A DNA stretch of 32,000 bases from Ferroglobus placidus DSM 10642 (GTDB lineage Archaea; Halobacteriota; Archaeoglobi; Archaeoglobales; Archaeoglobaceae). The notes under the pieces are model-generated. The model worked only from the letters and a program-made list of their open reading frames with translations. It did not search any database and had not been told where the DNA came from. Each line of letters opens with the position of its first letter. The first letter of the stretch is position 1. Position numbers and translations under genes: made by a program. Positions 17,868-27,147 of the stretch are shown here, piece after piece. The DNA is taken from positions 1,350,001 through 1,382,000 of the forward strand of contig NC_013849.1 in NCBI RefSeq assembly GCF_000025505.1, read 5' to 3'.

Positions 17868-19419
17868 CCCAGAAAAGCTTAACTCTCTCCACTTTTCTAA
17901 TTCCCCTCTCCTCTCTGTAGTTTTTCGTCCACTCTATCCATTCTTTTGGAGCGTCTTTGCTAACTCCTCCGTGAGAAGTCAATCTTTCCCTAACTCTTAT
18001 CAAAACTGGAGCGTTCAAGGCTACTCCGCTAACCAAAGCCTGTCCTTTTGTCAGTCCTGGAAGCTCCTCTATCATGTCCTTTCCTATGCTCTCCACGCTC
18101 TTCCTTATGTATTCTTGATCAGCCGGATTGATTATTCTCATAACTACTTGCGTCATGCACTGGCTTAGTATGTCCGAGTCTATCTTAGCCGGTCTCTGGC
18201 TTATCAGGCAAACTCCCACTCCGAACTTTCTACCCTCGCTTAATATCGTTCTCAGTACTTTGTAACTCCTCGCCTCCTTGGAGGCAAAGCGATGAGCTTC
18301 TTCGATTATCACAAAAACCGGATATTCAAGCTTTTCCCCTTTCAACCCCTTCTCAGCGTTAATTCTGGCGTTCAAAATTCTCTTCAGAAGAACGCTGACG
18401 AGAGTCTCCTGCTCCCTATCTCCGAGCTCGGTAAGCTGAAGAACGCTCGCCTGTCCGGGTTTCAGCAGCTCTTTCAGTTCTATGTGTCTGTTGTCGTCGA
18501 TTATTTCAAAATTTTTCACGTACCTCGTTATCCTCCATTCGAGGGCTTTAGCCGTGAGCTTATCGCTTTCTCCAGCGACATCGTAAATCTTCTCTATCAG
18601 CTCCGCTGACGTGAAGTATTTCCCTTCTAAATCTCTGTAAACTCTGTTAAGCAAAGCCTCCTGCTTGTCCGTAAGTTCCGGAAGCAAGTTAACGAGCTCC
18701 TCGTATTCCAGCTCAGACAACCTTATCTTTATCTCGTCCTTGTCGTAAATTCTTACCCTCACTTTGTAGCTGCCGGAAGAGAACTCCTTCAGTCCCTCTA
18801 TCTCCTTCAAAGTGTGGTACTCTCCGTGGGGGTCGAAGATGAGTAGAGCGGCTGAGTTGTAGGGTTTTAAAAGCTCCTCAGCCAGAACTCCAGCTAAATA
18901 GCTTTTTCCGCTTCCGGTGGAAGCTAAGATGCACATGTGCTCGCTCGTCAGCAGAGCAGCGTCGAGCACTACTGGAATGTCCTCTTCTCTGTTCAGCAAG
19001 TATCCTATGTGCACGGATCCAACCTCTCCAACCTTCTTCCTGAAAAGGGAATTCTCCAGAACTTCCCTCTCCGCTAAGTAAATCTTCTGCCCGGCTTTTG
19101 GCTGTATTCTCGGATTCACGAATCCGAGTTTTTCGTCGAAGTAACCCATTATCACGGCTTTAACTTCGTAAAGCTCGAACTCCGGATTCTCAACTCCGAG
19201 AATTCTCAAAATTCTCTCGGGCTCTATTTCCGGATTGGAGAGGTAGAGAGTAGGATAAAGCCTCACCGGAGACCTCTTCACGACTCTGCAGATAACCTTC
19301 TTCTCTCCGAGCAAGTAGTAAACGAATTCTCCGCTCTTAATTTTGCTGCTGTCTGGAGTTACGAAAGTAAATTCGTGGGGAGCTTCGGCAGGACCTTTAA
19401 CCAGTCCTATCGCCTTCAA
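17857..19419 (-). CDS. herA: HerA-type hexameric DNA helicase/translocase (DUF87 ATPase)
   Basis: 520 aa. N-terminal barrel, Walker A ILASTGSGKSYLAG, Walker B VFVIIEEAHRFA. The only possible start is TTG 19419-19417, because an in-frame TGA lies 2 codons upstream. A strong AAGGAGGG SD precedes it. Confidence 0.9.
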   Translation of the reverse strand: MKAIGLVKGPAEAPHEFTFVTPDSSKIKSGEFVYYLLGEKKVICRVVKRSPVRLYPTLYLSNPEIEPERILRILGVENPEFELYEVKAVIMGYFDEKLGFVNPRIQPKAGQKIYLAEREVLENSLFRKKVGEVGSVHIGYLLNREEDIPVVLDAALLTSEHMCILASTGSGKSYLAGVLAEELLKPYNSAALLIFDPHGEYHTLKEIEGLKEFSSGSYKVRVRIYDKDEIKIRLSELEYEELVNLLPELTDKQEALLNRVYRDLEGKYFTSAELIEKIYDVAGESDKLTAKALEWRITRYVKNFEIIDDNRHIELKELLKPGQASVLQLTELGDREQETLVSVLLKRILNARINAEKGLKGEKLEYPVFVIIEEAHRFASKEARSYKVLRTILSEGRKFGVGVCLISQRPAKIDSDILSQCMTQVVMRIINPADQEYIRKSVESIGKDMIEELPGLTKGQALVSGVALNAPVLIRVRERLTSHGGVSKDAPKEWIEWTKNYREERGIRKVERVKLFWDEA

Positions 19420-19898
19420 ACGTCAACCCTCCTTATTCTGCTGAACTCGAGTCCCGCTTTTATTATTCTCAAAACGTCCTTCTCTTCCGGAAACAGGCTT
19501 TCGAGTTTTTTTATCACGTCTATGGCAACTTTTGGATACTTTGACACGAGTTCTGGAATGTAGGGCATGTAAAGATCATCATCCTTCCAGTGAACTTTTT
19601 TTATCTCTTCGTCTTCAGCCAATTCGACTTTTTCCCCAATACTCACTCTTCCCTCCGAAAGCAAAAAACACCTTGCATAGTTTTTCGGCTCCGCAAGATC
19701 CGGAAGAAACTCCTTTATCTCGTCGAGATCGAACTTGCTCATGTACTTTACTATTTCCGGATCCTCGCAGTAAACTTCTACGACAACAGCCAGCTCTTTT
19801 CCAACTTTAACGAATTCCCCAATGCTTAACTCGCCATCAACTTCAAACTCCCTCGAGTTCAAAACTCTGACGACTCTCATTCGCTCCATGCTCTTCAT
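19416..19898 (-). CDS. Hypothetical protein (possible small beta-barrel N-terminus), herA-coupled
   Basis: 160-aa ORF with protein-like composition. Its stop TGA overlaps the herA TTG (TTGA). N-terminus REFEVDGELSIGEFVKVGKELAVVVEV loosely parallels the HerA N-terminus HEFTFVTPDSSKIKSGEFVYYLLGEKKVICRVV. I recognise no family. Confidence 0.6.
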   Translation of the reverse strand: MKSMERMRVVRVLNSREFEVDGELSIGEFVKVGKELAVVVEVYCEDPEIVKYMSKFDLDEIKEFLPDLAEPKNYARCFLLSEGRVSIGEKVELAEDEEIKKVHWKDDDLYMPYIPELVSKYPKVAIDVIKKLESLFPEEKDVLRIIKAGLEFSRIRRVDV

Positions 19899-19919
19899 CG
19901 CTAAATTTACCTTTTTCCC

Positions 19920-20777
19920 TCACCGCTTGGAGGTTAACTTGCTAACGAACTTGTAGGAAAGAACTCTTGCTCCAACAGCCTTCACGAACTCCTCCTTTTC
20001 CTTTTCCGATATAGTGGCGTATTTGTGAACTCTTTCGAGAATGTAGGGGTAGCCGGAGGTGGAGGAGATTAAACATTCAGCCATTATTACCTTTAAAATT
20101 TCCTCCACTCTATCCTCAAGCCAGGCTGGCATTTCGACCTTAGCCGGGAAGGTGGGATTAACTTTGAAGTATGTTATTAGGAGGTTTCCTCTTCTTATAG
20201 GTTCGATGTACTCGAACATCAATAGGTAGTTTCTCAGAACGTAGGAATCGTAGGCGTTCTGGAAAATCTCCCTCGAGTAGCTTCTATCAACGTAGGCTAT
20301 CAAAGCCGTCTCTTCTTCTTCGCTCAGCTTTAAAAGCTCTTCCAGCTCTTTTAAATACGCTCTCCTCAATTTTTCACTCATTTCCGAGGTGAAAAAGACT
20401 GAAAAACTGCCGTCGTAGAAAGCATATAATTCTTCTCCCATGATTTCTTTTAACATTTCTACTTCGAGCCTGAATCTTTCGAGCTCCAAACTCGTTTCAT
20501 GAGCGACTCCGCTTTTGTACTTCAAATCGTACTTCCCGCTTCCGTGCTCCACGACAAGCCTCGCAGCCTGCACTCCGCCGAAAGGCAAACCGAAGTCTTT
20601 CAGCGGAGAAATCTGGCTTCCGTCTACTCCAGCAACTTTCAAACCTTTCAAAAAGGATTTCAAATCTTCAAGCACGACTTTCTTCTTTTCCAGATCCGGC
20701 AATTCGGCTACCTCGTTCTGTCTGTAGATTTCCCGTATTTTGGCAACGTTTTCTATGAGCTTACCTTCGAATTTCAT
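19920..20777 (-). CDS. nurA: NurA-type 5'-3' nuclease
   Basis: 285 aa. The catalytic-Asp context VAGVDGSQ is typical of the NurA domain. ATGA overlap with rad50, and sits in the mre11-rad50-herA context. Confidence 0.75.
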   Translation of the reverse strand: MKFEGKLIENVAKIREIYRQNEVAELPDLEKKKVVLEDLKSFLKGLKVAGVDGSQISPLKDFGLPFGGVQAARLVVEHGSGKYDLKYKSGVAHETSLELERFRLEVEMLKEIMGEELYAFYDGSFSVFFTSEMSEKLRRAYLKELEELLKLSEEEETALIAYVDRSYSREIFQNAYDSYVLRNYLLMFEYIEPIRRGNLLITYFKVNPTFPAKVEMPAWLEDRVEEILKVIMAECLISSTSGYPYILERVHKYATISEKEKEEFVKAVGARVLSYKFVSKLTSKR

Positions 20778-23431
20778 ACGATCGACACTCCGTTCTCCTT
20801 TCTAACTCTAATCACGTTTTCCACCATTTCCTCGAAAGTATCGTCGTGTGTTATTACGAAAATCTGTCTGAACCCTTTTATGTTAGTTATCTGCCTTGCG
20901 AAATTTCTTCTCCTCTCCTCGTCCATGTTCTGGGTTGGCTCGTCGAAAAACACCACCCCGGCTGACGACAAGAACTTTAGAAGTGCGAGTCTGACTGAGA
21001 GAGCGGCAACGACCTGCTCTCCGCCGCTCATCTGCTGAAAGCTAATTTCTCTCCCCATGTACTTCGCTTTTATTCCGAAGTCTTCAGACAACTCTATTTG
21101 CCATGAATAGTCGTCCATTATTTCGCAGAATATCCTGTTAGCTTCAGCTGAGATTGCTTCTGTGTACGCTTTTATCATCTGGGGAATAGCCTCTTTCAAA
21201 ACCTCTCTGACGAGGTTAACGAACTCGAGCTTCTTCCTAAACTCCTCCATGTTCTTCTTTAAATCTTCGAATTTCTCTTCGCTCTCCTTCAAATCTCCAA
21301 GCTCTTTTTCCATGTCTTTGACGGCTTTTTCCAGCTGTCCGAGTTTCCCTTCAATCTTTCCGAGTTCGAGGTTGATCTCTCTAAGGGATTTCTCCAATTC
21401 TTCCAGCTCCTCCTCTTTGTAAACTTTTTCGATGCTTTTAATCGAGTCTTCTAACTTTTCTTTTTCAGTTTCGAGTTCTTTTAGCCTTTTTACCTTCTGT
21501 TTTAGCTCTGCCTCGATTCTCTCCTTTTCTTTAACTCTCTCCTGGCAAAGAATGTACCTTTCGTAGCTTTCTCTCTTCTCCTCCAAAACTTTTTCCAATT
21601 TTTCGAGAAATCTTTTTAGTTCCTCGTAAGCTTTTTCAATTTTTTCGAAGTTCTTCAGCTCTTCTTTCTTCTCATCAAGTTCCTTTTCGAGAATTTCTTT
21701 TGTTTTCTCGATCTCCCTCAACCGCTCCTCGAGCTTTCTCTTTTCCCCAAGCTTTTGAACGCTCCCGGACACTTTTTCCAGCTCATCCTCAAGCATCTGC
21801 CTTTTTTCGAGCTCTTCTCTTTTTTTACTCAGCTCTTCTTTCAGTTTCTCTATTTCCCTTTCAAGCTCTTTAACAGATCTCTCTAAAGCCTCTTTTCTCT
21901 TCAATTCATTCGTCAAAACTTTTTCTTCTTTTTCTAACTCCTCAAAAACTTTCAAAGCTTTTTCGAGCTTTTCAGTTTTCTCCTCAAGCTTTTCGAGTTT
22001 CTGAAGGAGAATTTTAATTTCTTCTTCGATGTTCTTGGCGTGTTCGACAATTCTGTCGCAGCTTTCGTCTATGATCGGACATAAGCCCTTTTCAGCTTCC
22101 TCTTTCTGTTTTTGCAACTCCGCTATTCTGCTTTTAATCTTGCTCCTCTTGTCCAACGCTTTTAAGTAAAGCTCCTTAACGTTAGCGAGCTTGGCAATCT
22201 GCCCCTTAACTTTTCCGAGCTTCTCTTCGGCTTTTCTAATTCTTAGCAATTCTTCTCTCTTTTCGTCGTAGCTTTCCTTCAAACTTTTTAAGTGATTCTC
22301 AAGAGCAGCAAGCTCGTTTTCCAGAGAATTCAGCCTTTCGAGCTCTCTTTTTAGCTCCTCTTCTCTTTTCGCGAACTCTTCAACTCCTTCCAGCTCTTTC
22401 AAACTTTTCTTTATCCTCTCAGCTTCGTCGGAAGCCTCCTTAATTCTCTCTTCTATTGCTCTGCAGCTTTCGGATATTTTTATCAGCTCGTCTCTCTTTT
22501 TCGAAATTTTTTCGAGAGTTTCCCTTTTCTCCTTAATTTTTCTCTCAGCCTCCAGATATTTTTCGTAGTCGTCCTTAAGCCTTTCAATTTCCATTTCAAG
22601 CTTTTCGATCTCTTCAATCTGACTTTTCAGCTTTTCAACCTCTGGAGCGATGAAACTGATCTCTTTTAAAATCTCCGATTTTCGAAGACGGAGACTTTCG
22701 AGTTCTTCTTTCAGCTTGATTAATTCGTCACTTCTTCTTTCGATCTCTTCTCTTCTTTTACGGAATTCTTCTCTTCTCTTTCTCAGTTCTTCAATTTCCT
22801 TTTTTGAGGAGCTTAAAGCCGAAATAAGCCTATCTTTGTTTTCAATCTTAGCCTTTAGGTAGCTCATCTCCCTTTCGATCTCGTGAATTTTAGTTTCGTA
22901 AAATCTTACGATTTCCCTCGCGTTTTCGTAGGCTTTTTTGTACCTCTCAATTCCGAGGAGGGGCGTGAATATCTCCCTTCTAACGGACGGCTGGGCGATG
23001 AAGTGGGAAACTATGTTTCCCTGGGAAACTCCTATTGCATTTTCGAAAATTTCCCTTGGGGAAACCTCGAGTTTAAAGTGTTGCTTTATCCACTCGGTAA
23101 CGTCCTTAACGCCACTCGCGACTCTTCCGAGTTCTAAGTCTTCTATGTAGTAGTGGGTCGTTTTCCCCCCTTCTATCTTCCTTACGGCAATGTACTCCCT
23201 CTCATCAAGAGGGCTGACGAATTTGACTCTTATCTCCGCCTTTTTTTCCCCTCTTCTAACGAAATCGGAGATGTTGTAAGGTAGGTGATCGAAAAGAACG
23301 AAGCCTATAGCTTCGAGAATCGTAGTTTTTCCGGCTCCGTTTCTACCTATTATTGCGTTAATGCCTTCCGTAAACTCTATTTTCTGCCTGCTATAACTTT
23401 TTACGTTTTCGAGGTAAACTTCTCTTATCAT
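20774..23431 (-). CDS. rad50: Rad50 DNA double-strand-break repair ATPase
   Basis: 885 aa. Walker A GRNGAGKTT, an E/K-rich coiled coil of about 600 aa, signature MSGGEQ, Walker B VVFFDEPT and VITHDD. Apex motif CPIIDESC at residues 451-458. Confidence 0.95.
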   Translation of the reverse strand: MIREVYLENVKSYSRQKIEFTEGINAIIGRNGAGKTTILEAIGFVLFDHLPYNISDFVRRGEKKAEIRVKFVSPLDEREYIAVRKIEGGKTTHYYIEDLELGRVASGVKDVTEWIKQHFKLEVSPREIFENAIGVSQGNIVSHFIAQPSVRREIFTPLLGIERYKKAYENAREIVRFYETKIHEIEREMSYLKAKIENKDRLISALSSSKKEIEELRKRREEFRKRREEIERRSDELIKLKEELESLRLRKSEILKEISFIAPEVEKLKSQIEEIEKLEMEIERLKDDYEKYLEAERKIKEKRETLEKISKKRDELIKISESCRAIEERIKEASDEAERIKKSLKELEGVEEFAKREEELKRELERLNSLENELAALENHLKSLKESYDEKREELLRIRKAEEKLGKVKGQIAKLANVKELYLKALDKRSKIKSRIAELQKQKEEAEKGLCPIIDESCDRIVEHAKNIEEEIKILLQKLEKLEEKTEKLEKALKVFEELEKEEKVLTNELKRKEALERSVKELEREIEKLKEELSKKREELEKRQMLEDELEKVSGSVQKLGEKRKLEERLREIEKTKEILEKELDEKKEELKNFEKIEKAYEELKRFLEKLEKVLEEKRESYERYILCQERVKEKERIEAELKQKVKRLKELETEKEKLEDSIKSIEKVYKEEELEELEKSLREINLELGKIEGKLGQLEKAVKDMEKELGDLKESEEKFEDLKKNMEEFRKKLEFVNLVREVLKEAIPQMIKAYTEAISAEANRIFCEIMDDYSWQIELSEDFGIKAKYMGREISFQQMSGGEQVVAALSVRLALLKFLSSAGVVFFDEPTQNMDEERRRNFARQITNIKGFRQIFVITHDDTFEEMVENVIRVRKENGVSIV

Positions 23432-24668
23432 AAGCTCTCCTCCAGTCCCAGACTTCCTCCTCTACTTCCTCCTCAGCCTCCTCGACTTCTTTCTCCATCC
23501 TCTTAACCTCTCTCCTTCCAACTTTAACGAGGTCGTCTATTAAGCCGAAAGCGTCCTCAACTTTTTTGTCCGCGAGAAGCTCTTTAAGCTTTAAAACATC
23601 GTCAGCTAAGTCTTCGTAGCCGAACCTTGATAAGAGCTGCTTTAAAACGCCTTTCTCGATTTCCGCTCTACTCGAATAATCCGAAATTTTCACGTCGTAG
23701 GTGGAAGCTTCCGGAATCCATTCGACTTTCAAGACGAGGGGAGAGAGAACTTCTTTGGCAATTTTTTCCACCTTTTCCTCATCAACTATTCCCTTGACTC
23801 TGTATTTAATTTTCAGAATCACGACTTCCTTGCCTCTACCTCTGTTTTTGACAAGAAACTCTTTGAACTCTCTTAAATCCGAACTCTTGAACTCGTATTC
23901 AAGAAATCTGAAAGTTCTTGGGGTGTAAAAGTTCTTCTCGTGAACGTATTTAATTTCGTCGTTGACGTCAACAATGAACATCCCCTTCTCGAAGAAGCTC
24001 TCTCTCGCGTCGCAGCTTTCCAAGCTTCCCGGATTGAAGATGAAGTCGTCTTCGACGTACTTCATGTGAATGTGTCCCAAAGCAACGTAGTCGATCTTGT
24101 TTCTGTATCTGTGCAATATTTCGGAGCTTATGCAGCCATAAATGTCCATGTACTTCTCAACTCCGAAGTGGGAGACGAATATAGTGAAACCGTCCTTTTT
24201 AATTCTCGGAAGATAATCGGAGAGAACTTTCTCCGTTAACGCTCCGAAGTACTTTAGTCCGTAAATTCTCACCTCTCCCAAGTCTACGTACGCTCCGTTC
24301 TGCCCGTTCCACTCCTCCAAAACTATCCCATCGTCGAAGTTCGGTTTTAGATTTATCAGGTATTTCTCCGCAGCCAGATAATCGAGCCACGTGAAGCGCT
24401 CTCTAAAGTAGCTTGCGTCGTGATTTCCCTCCACAGCTATTACCGGCACGTTTACCTTCTCCAAAACCTTAGTAGCTTGAGCGAGGGTTATCGGATCCAT
24501 CTCGCTTTTCTTGTGGAAGAAGTCTCCGGCTATAATTATGAAATCAACATCCTTGCTCAACGCGAATTCAATCGCGTTTTTAAAAGCTTGAGCGAAGTCT
24601 ATCATCCTTTCTTCGCTACCGTACTGCTTGTATCCTAAGTGGGTGTCTGCGAGGTGAGCGAATCTCAC
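23391..24668 (-). CDS. mre11: Mre11 DNA double-strand-break repair nuclease
   Basis: 425 aa. Phosphoesterase motifs HLADTHLG, IIAGDFFH, VEGNHD and LGHIH. The acidic-then-basic C-terminal tail overlaps the rad50 start by 41 nt. Confidence 0.93.
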   Translation of the reverse strand: MRFAHLADTHLGYKQYGSEERMIDFAQAFKNAIEFALSKDVDFIIIAGDFFHKKSEMDPITLAQATKVLEKVNVPVIAVEGNHDASYFRERFTWLDYLAAEKYLINLKPNFDDGIVLEEWNGQNGAYVDLGEVRIYGLKYFGALTEKVLSDYLPRIKKDGFTIFVSHFGVEKYMDIYGCISSEILHRYRNKIDYVALGHIHMKYVEDDFIFNPGSLESCDARESFFEKGMFIVDVNDEIKYVHEKNFYTPRTFRFLEYEFKSSDLREFKEFLVKNRGRGKEVVILKIKYRVKGIVDEEKVEKIAKEVLSPLVLKVEWIPEASTYDVKISDYSSRAEIEKGVLKQLLSRFGYEDLADDVLKLKELLADKKVEDAFGLIDDLVKVGRREVKRMEKEVEEAEEEVEEEVWDWRRAYDKRSLPRKRKKL

Positions 24669-24749
24669 ATCCTATTGTTTCTTCTGGAGCTTTTATTTCT
24701 TGTCCTCGCGTGAAGTTTTTATACGTGAGGAGATTACTTGATAATCTGC
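24669..24749. promoter_or_regulatory. Divergent promoter region (mre11 operon / RNA methylase)
   Basis: TTTTTATA at 24715-24722 lies about 28-35 nt upstream of ATG 24750. An A/T-rich AAATAAAAG on the other strand lies about 25 nt upstream of mre11 ATG 24668. Both genes would be near-leaderless. Confidence 0.4.
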
Positions 24750-26090
24750 ATGTACAAAGTCAGGGAAAGGGATTTCGTAATACTCACCGAAGTCCTCAGG
24801 AAATCCGAAGAAATCAAGCCGAGTCAGTATGCCAAGAGGATTGTTTTCGAAAAGTACGGAATACTCGGCACAGATTTAGATAGAATTCTCACAGCCGTAT
24901 ACTACAAGATAATGAAAAGACTCGGAATAATCGACAAAATAATTAGGAATGTGGTAGGAGTTCATCAAAACATCCTCGATCCGTGGCTTAGAGCTGCTTT
25001 ACGCGTTACTGTAGAATTTTTCGTTTTCGAGAAAAAGTACGTGAAGCATCTGGATAAGAACGCTGTTAGGAAAAGCGTTGCAAGTTTTCTTTCTAAAACA
25101 ACTCACCCCTACGTCGGAATGTTTTACTACGAGATTTTCGATAAGGTTACTTCCTACGAGCTTCAGCCGAGGAACGAAATTGAGAAACTCGAATTCAAGT
25201 ACCTCCTTCCGGCTTGGTACATAGAAAGGATGAAAGAAGTTGTTGGAGAAGAGCTGGAAGATTTGCTTAAAGCTTTGAACACAGAACCAAAAATCAGCGT
25301 AAGAGTGAACACGCTGAAAGCAAGGGTTGAAGAAGTGGTTAAAGCTCTGGAAAAGGAGGGAAAGGAAGTTACGATCAGCGAAGTCGTTCCGACGGTGCTC
25401 AAATTCGACGGACCTTACGATTTCGACAGATCCAAGCTTTATAGGAAGGGTAAGTTCGTCATACAGGAAGAGGCGTCAGCTTTAGCTTCAATTCTTCTCG
25501 ATCCTAAGCCCGGGGAGGTCGTTGTGGATCTCTGCGCAGCACCGGGAGGGAAAACCCTTCACATGGCTGAGCTGATGAAAAACAGAGGGGTAATTCACGC
25601 TTTCGACATCGACGAGCTGAGGTTGAAGAGAATGGAGGAGTTGATTGAGAGGTGCGGAATAAGAATCGTAAAAATATACAAGAAAGACGCGAGAAAAGCA
25701 ACGAAAATTCTCGGGGAGAGCGTAGCTGACAAGGTTATGCTCGACGCTCCTTGCACTTCGGACGGAACGTTAATGAAGAATCCTGAGCTAAGGTGGAGAA
25801 TTAGGGAGGAAAAGATAGAGGAGTTGGCGGAGCTTCAGTACGAGCTTCTTAACGTTGCCGTTGATTTGCTCAAGCCGGGAGGCAGAGTTTTGTACTGCAC
25901 GTGCTCGATGTTTAAAGAGGAGAACGAAGGAGTTGTTGAAAGAATTTTAAAAGAAAGAAAAGACGTTAGACTCGTTCCGCTGAGCGGATATTATTCTCCG
26001 GGCTTCATCGAAGGAACTATAAGAGCTTTCCCTCACAGGCACAACACCATAGGATTCTTCTACGCTCTCCTCGAAAAAACTACCTCTTAA
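24750..26090 (+). CDS. NOL1/NOP2/Sun-family RNA cytosine-C5 methyltransferase
   Basis: SAM motif [10 protein letters not shown], and catalytic Cys motifs DAPCTSDG and LYCTCS. ATG 24750; the ORF track starts at TTG 24738. Confidence 0.88.
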   Translation: MYKVRERDFVILTEVLRKSEEIKPSQYAKRIVFEKYGILGTDLDRILTAVYYKIMKRLGIIDKIIRNVVGVHQNILDPWLRAALRVTVEFFVFEKKYVKHLDKNAVRKSVASFLSKTTHPYVGMFYYEIFDKVTSYELQPRNEIEKLEFKYLLPAWYIERMKEVVGEELEDLLKALNTEPKISVRVNTLKARVEEVVKALEKEGKEVTISEVVPTVLKFDGPYDFDRSKLYRKGKFVIQEEASALASILLDPKPGEVVVDLCAAPGGKTLHMAELMKNRGVIHAFDIDELRLKRMEELIERCGIRIVKIYKKDARKATKILGESVADKVMLDAPCTSDGTLMKNPELRWRIREEKIEELAELQYELLNVAVDLLKPGGRVLYCTCSMFKEENEGVVERILKERKDVRLVPLSGYYSPGFIEGTIRAFPHRHNTIGFFYALLEKTTS

Positions 26091-26661
26091 ACCTCGGCAT
26101 GCAAATTATTTCTCTGACTTCCATGTCGAAGAAGTTGTTCATGTGAGCAGGTCTAATTACTGCTGCCGTATCGGCTCCTCTACTTCTACCTCCGACGCAC
26201 ACCACCTCTTCTATAGGGATTGCTCCGCTGTCGGCAGCCATTATAGCAATTTCAACGCAGACCTTCATTCCGTGTCCAAAGAGAGAGCGTAGAGCTTCGG
26301 CAACGGCTTCAACTCTGCTCGCTCCTCCGAACTTTCTCGTGAAGCTCCTTTCAACTCCGCTTAAAGCGTGACTCTGTCTAACGATCTTCACGCCTTTACT
26401 CCTAAAGAATTCTTCGACCTCTTCGCTCATCGAATTCTCTCCCTCTTTGTAAAATCCGGTGTGGTAGGTAACGCAAACGAGATTTATTTCAGCTTTCCTC
26501 TTTTCGAGAACCTCCAAAGCCTTTTTTGCGGTCTCGCCAGTAGAAGAAGCAACGACCAAGTGCTTTATTCCTCTCTTTAAAGCCCTTTCCACCGCAAGTT
26601 CGAGCGTTTTTTCAGTATTTTGCTTTCCCGGTTTTTCGAAGTAGTAGATTTCCTCCATCAT
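26080..26661 (-). CDS. Pyruvate kinase C-terminal (alpha/beta) domain-like protein of unknown function
   Basis: 193 aa. The [39 protein letters not shown] pattern is recalled from the archaeal PK_C-like stand-alone family. 4-nt overlap with the upstream DUF131 gene. Confidence 0.65.
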   Translation of the reverse strand: MMEEIYYFEKPGKQNTEKTLELAVERALKRGIKHLVVASSTGETAKKALEVLEKRKAEINLVCVTYHTGFYKEGENSMSEEVEEFFRSKGVKIVRQSHALSGVERSFTRKFGGASRVEAVAEALRSLFGHGMKVCVEIAIMAADSGAIPIEEVVCVGGRSRGADTAAVIRPAHMNNFFDMEVREIICMPRFKR

Positions 26662-26918
26662 ACGTAAAAGAGGAGGAACACTATCAGCATTAAAACTATC
26701 GTAAGAATCAAAGCTAAGACCGCCATTCGGGAGGAGCCGAACACTATTGGGATTGGACCTATAAGAACTACTCCTCCAGCCTCTACTTTCCTTCTCTCTC
26801 TTTCTTCGAATTCTTCCTCTCTGTATTCCGGAATCTGAATTTCAACCCTTTCTGTAAGACCTTTAACGAGCAAGAAAATTCCGATAGCAATTAGTGCTAT
26901 CGCTAAGTACTCGAGCAT
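26658..26918 (-). CDS. DUF131/TIGR00304-family small membrane protein (paralog 2)
   Basis: 86 aa. TM, charged linker, [18 protein letters not shown]. Shares the 16-aa motif with the adjacent 70-aa ORF. Confidence 0.7.
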   Translation of the reverse strand: MLEYLAIALIAIGIFLLVKGLTERVEIQIPEYREEEFEERERRKVEAGGVVLIGPIPIVFGSSRMAVLALILTIVLMLIVFLLFYV

Positions 26919-26919
26919 G

Positions 26920-27132
26920 TCACCACCTCAGAGAGAAGAGGATAAGAAGAAGCGCGGCAAGCAAAACGACAAGAGTGATAATAGAAACTGAGGAGCCGAA
27001 AACTATGGGAATCGGACCGATTATAACCACTCCTCCGTACTCCACTTCCGCTTTTTCCGCTTGAGATATTAAGAGGAGAGTAAATCCAAGGAAAATTAAG
27101 GCGATTCCGGAAAAAACCTTTACGGGATTCAT
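26920..27132 (-). CDS. DUF131/TIGR00304-family small membrane protein (paralog 1)
   Basis: 70 aa. [20 protein letters not shown]. Its stop lies 1 nt from the next start. Confidence 0.7.
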   Translation of the reverse strand: MNPVKVFSGIALIFLGFTLLLISQAEKAEVEYGGVVIIGPIPIVFGSSVSIITLVVLLAALLLILFSLRW

Positions 27133-27147
27133 AATAAAAAATGGGTT

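Noticed and set aside
21162-23150. Several 70-86-aa plus-strand ORFs within rad50, and the conspicuous GAA/AAG/CTT periodicity of the DNA.
   Set aside because: The ORFs are Ser/Leu/Phe-rich mirror images of the Glu/Lys-rich coiled coil. The periodicity reflects heptad-repeat codon usage. It is not a tandem repeat or a CRISPR-like array, since there are no conserved repeat units with unique spacers.
23391-23431. The 41-nt mre11/rad50 overlap, as a sign of a frameshifted mre11-rad50 fusion.
   Set aside because: Both proteins are full-length with all motifs. The rad50 ATG gives the canonical N-terminus (MIREVYLENV...GRNGAGKTT). A plain overlap is sufficient explanation.
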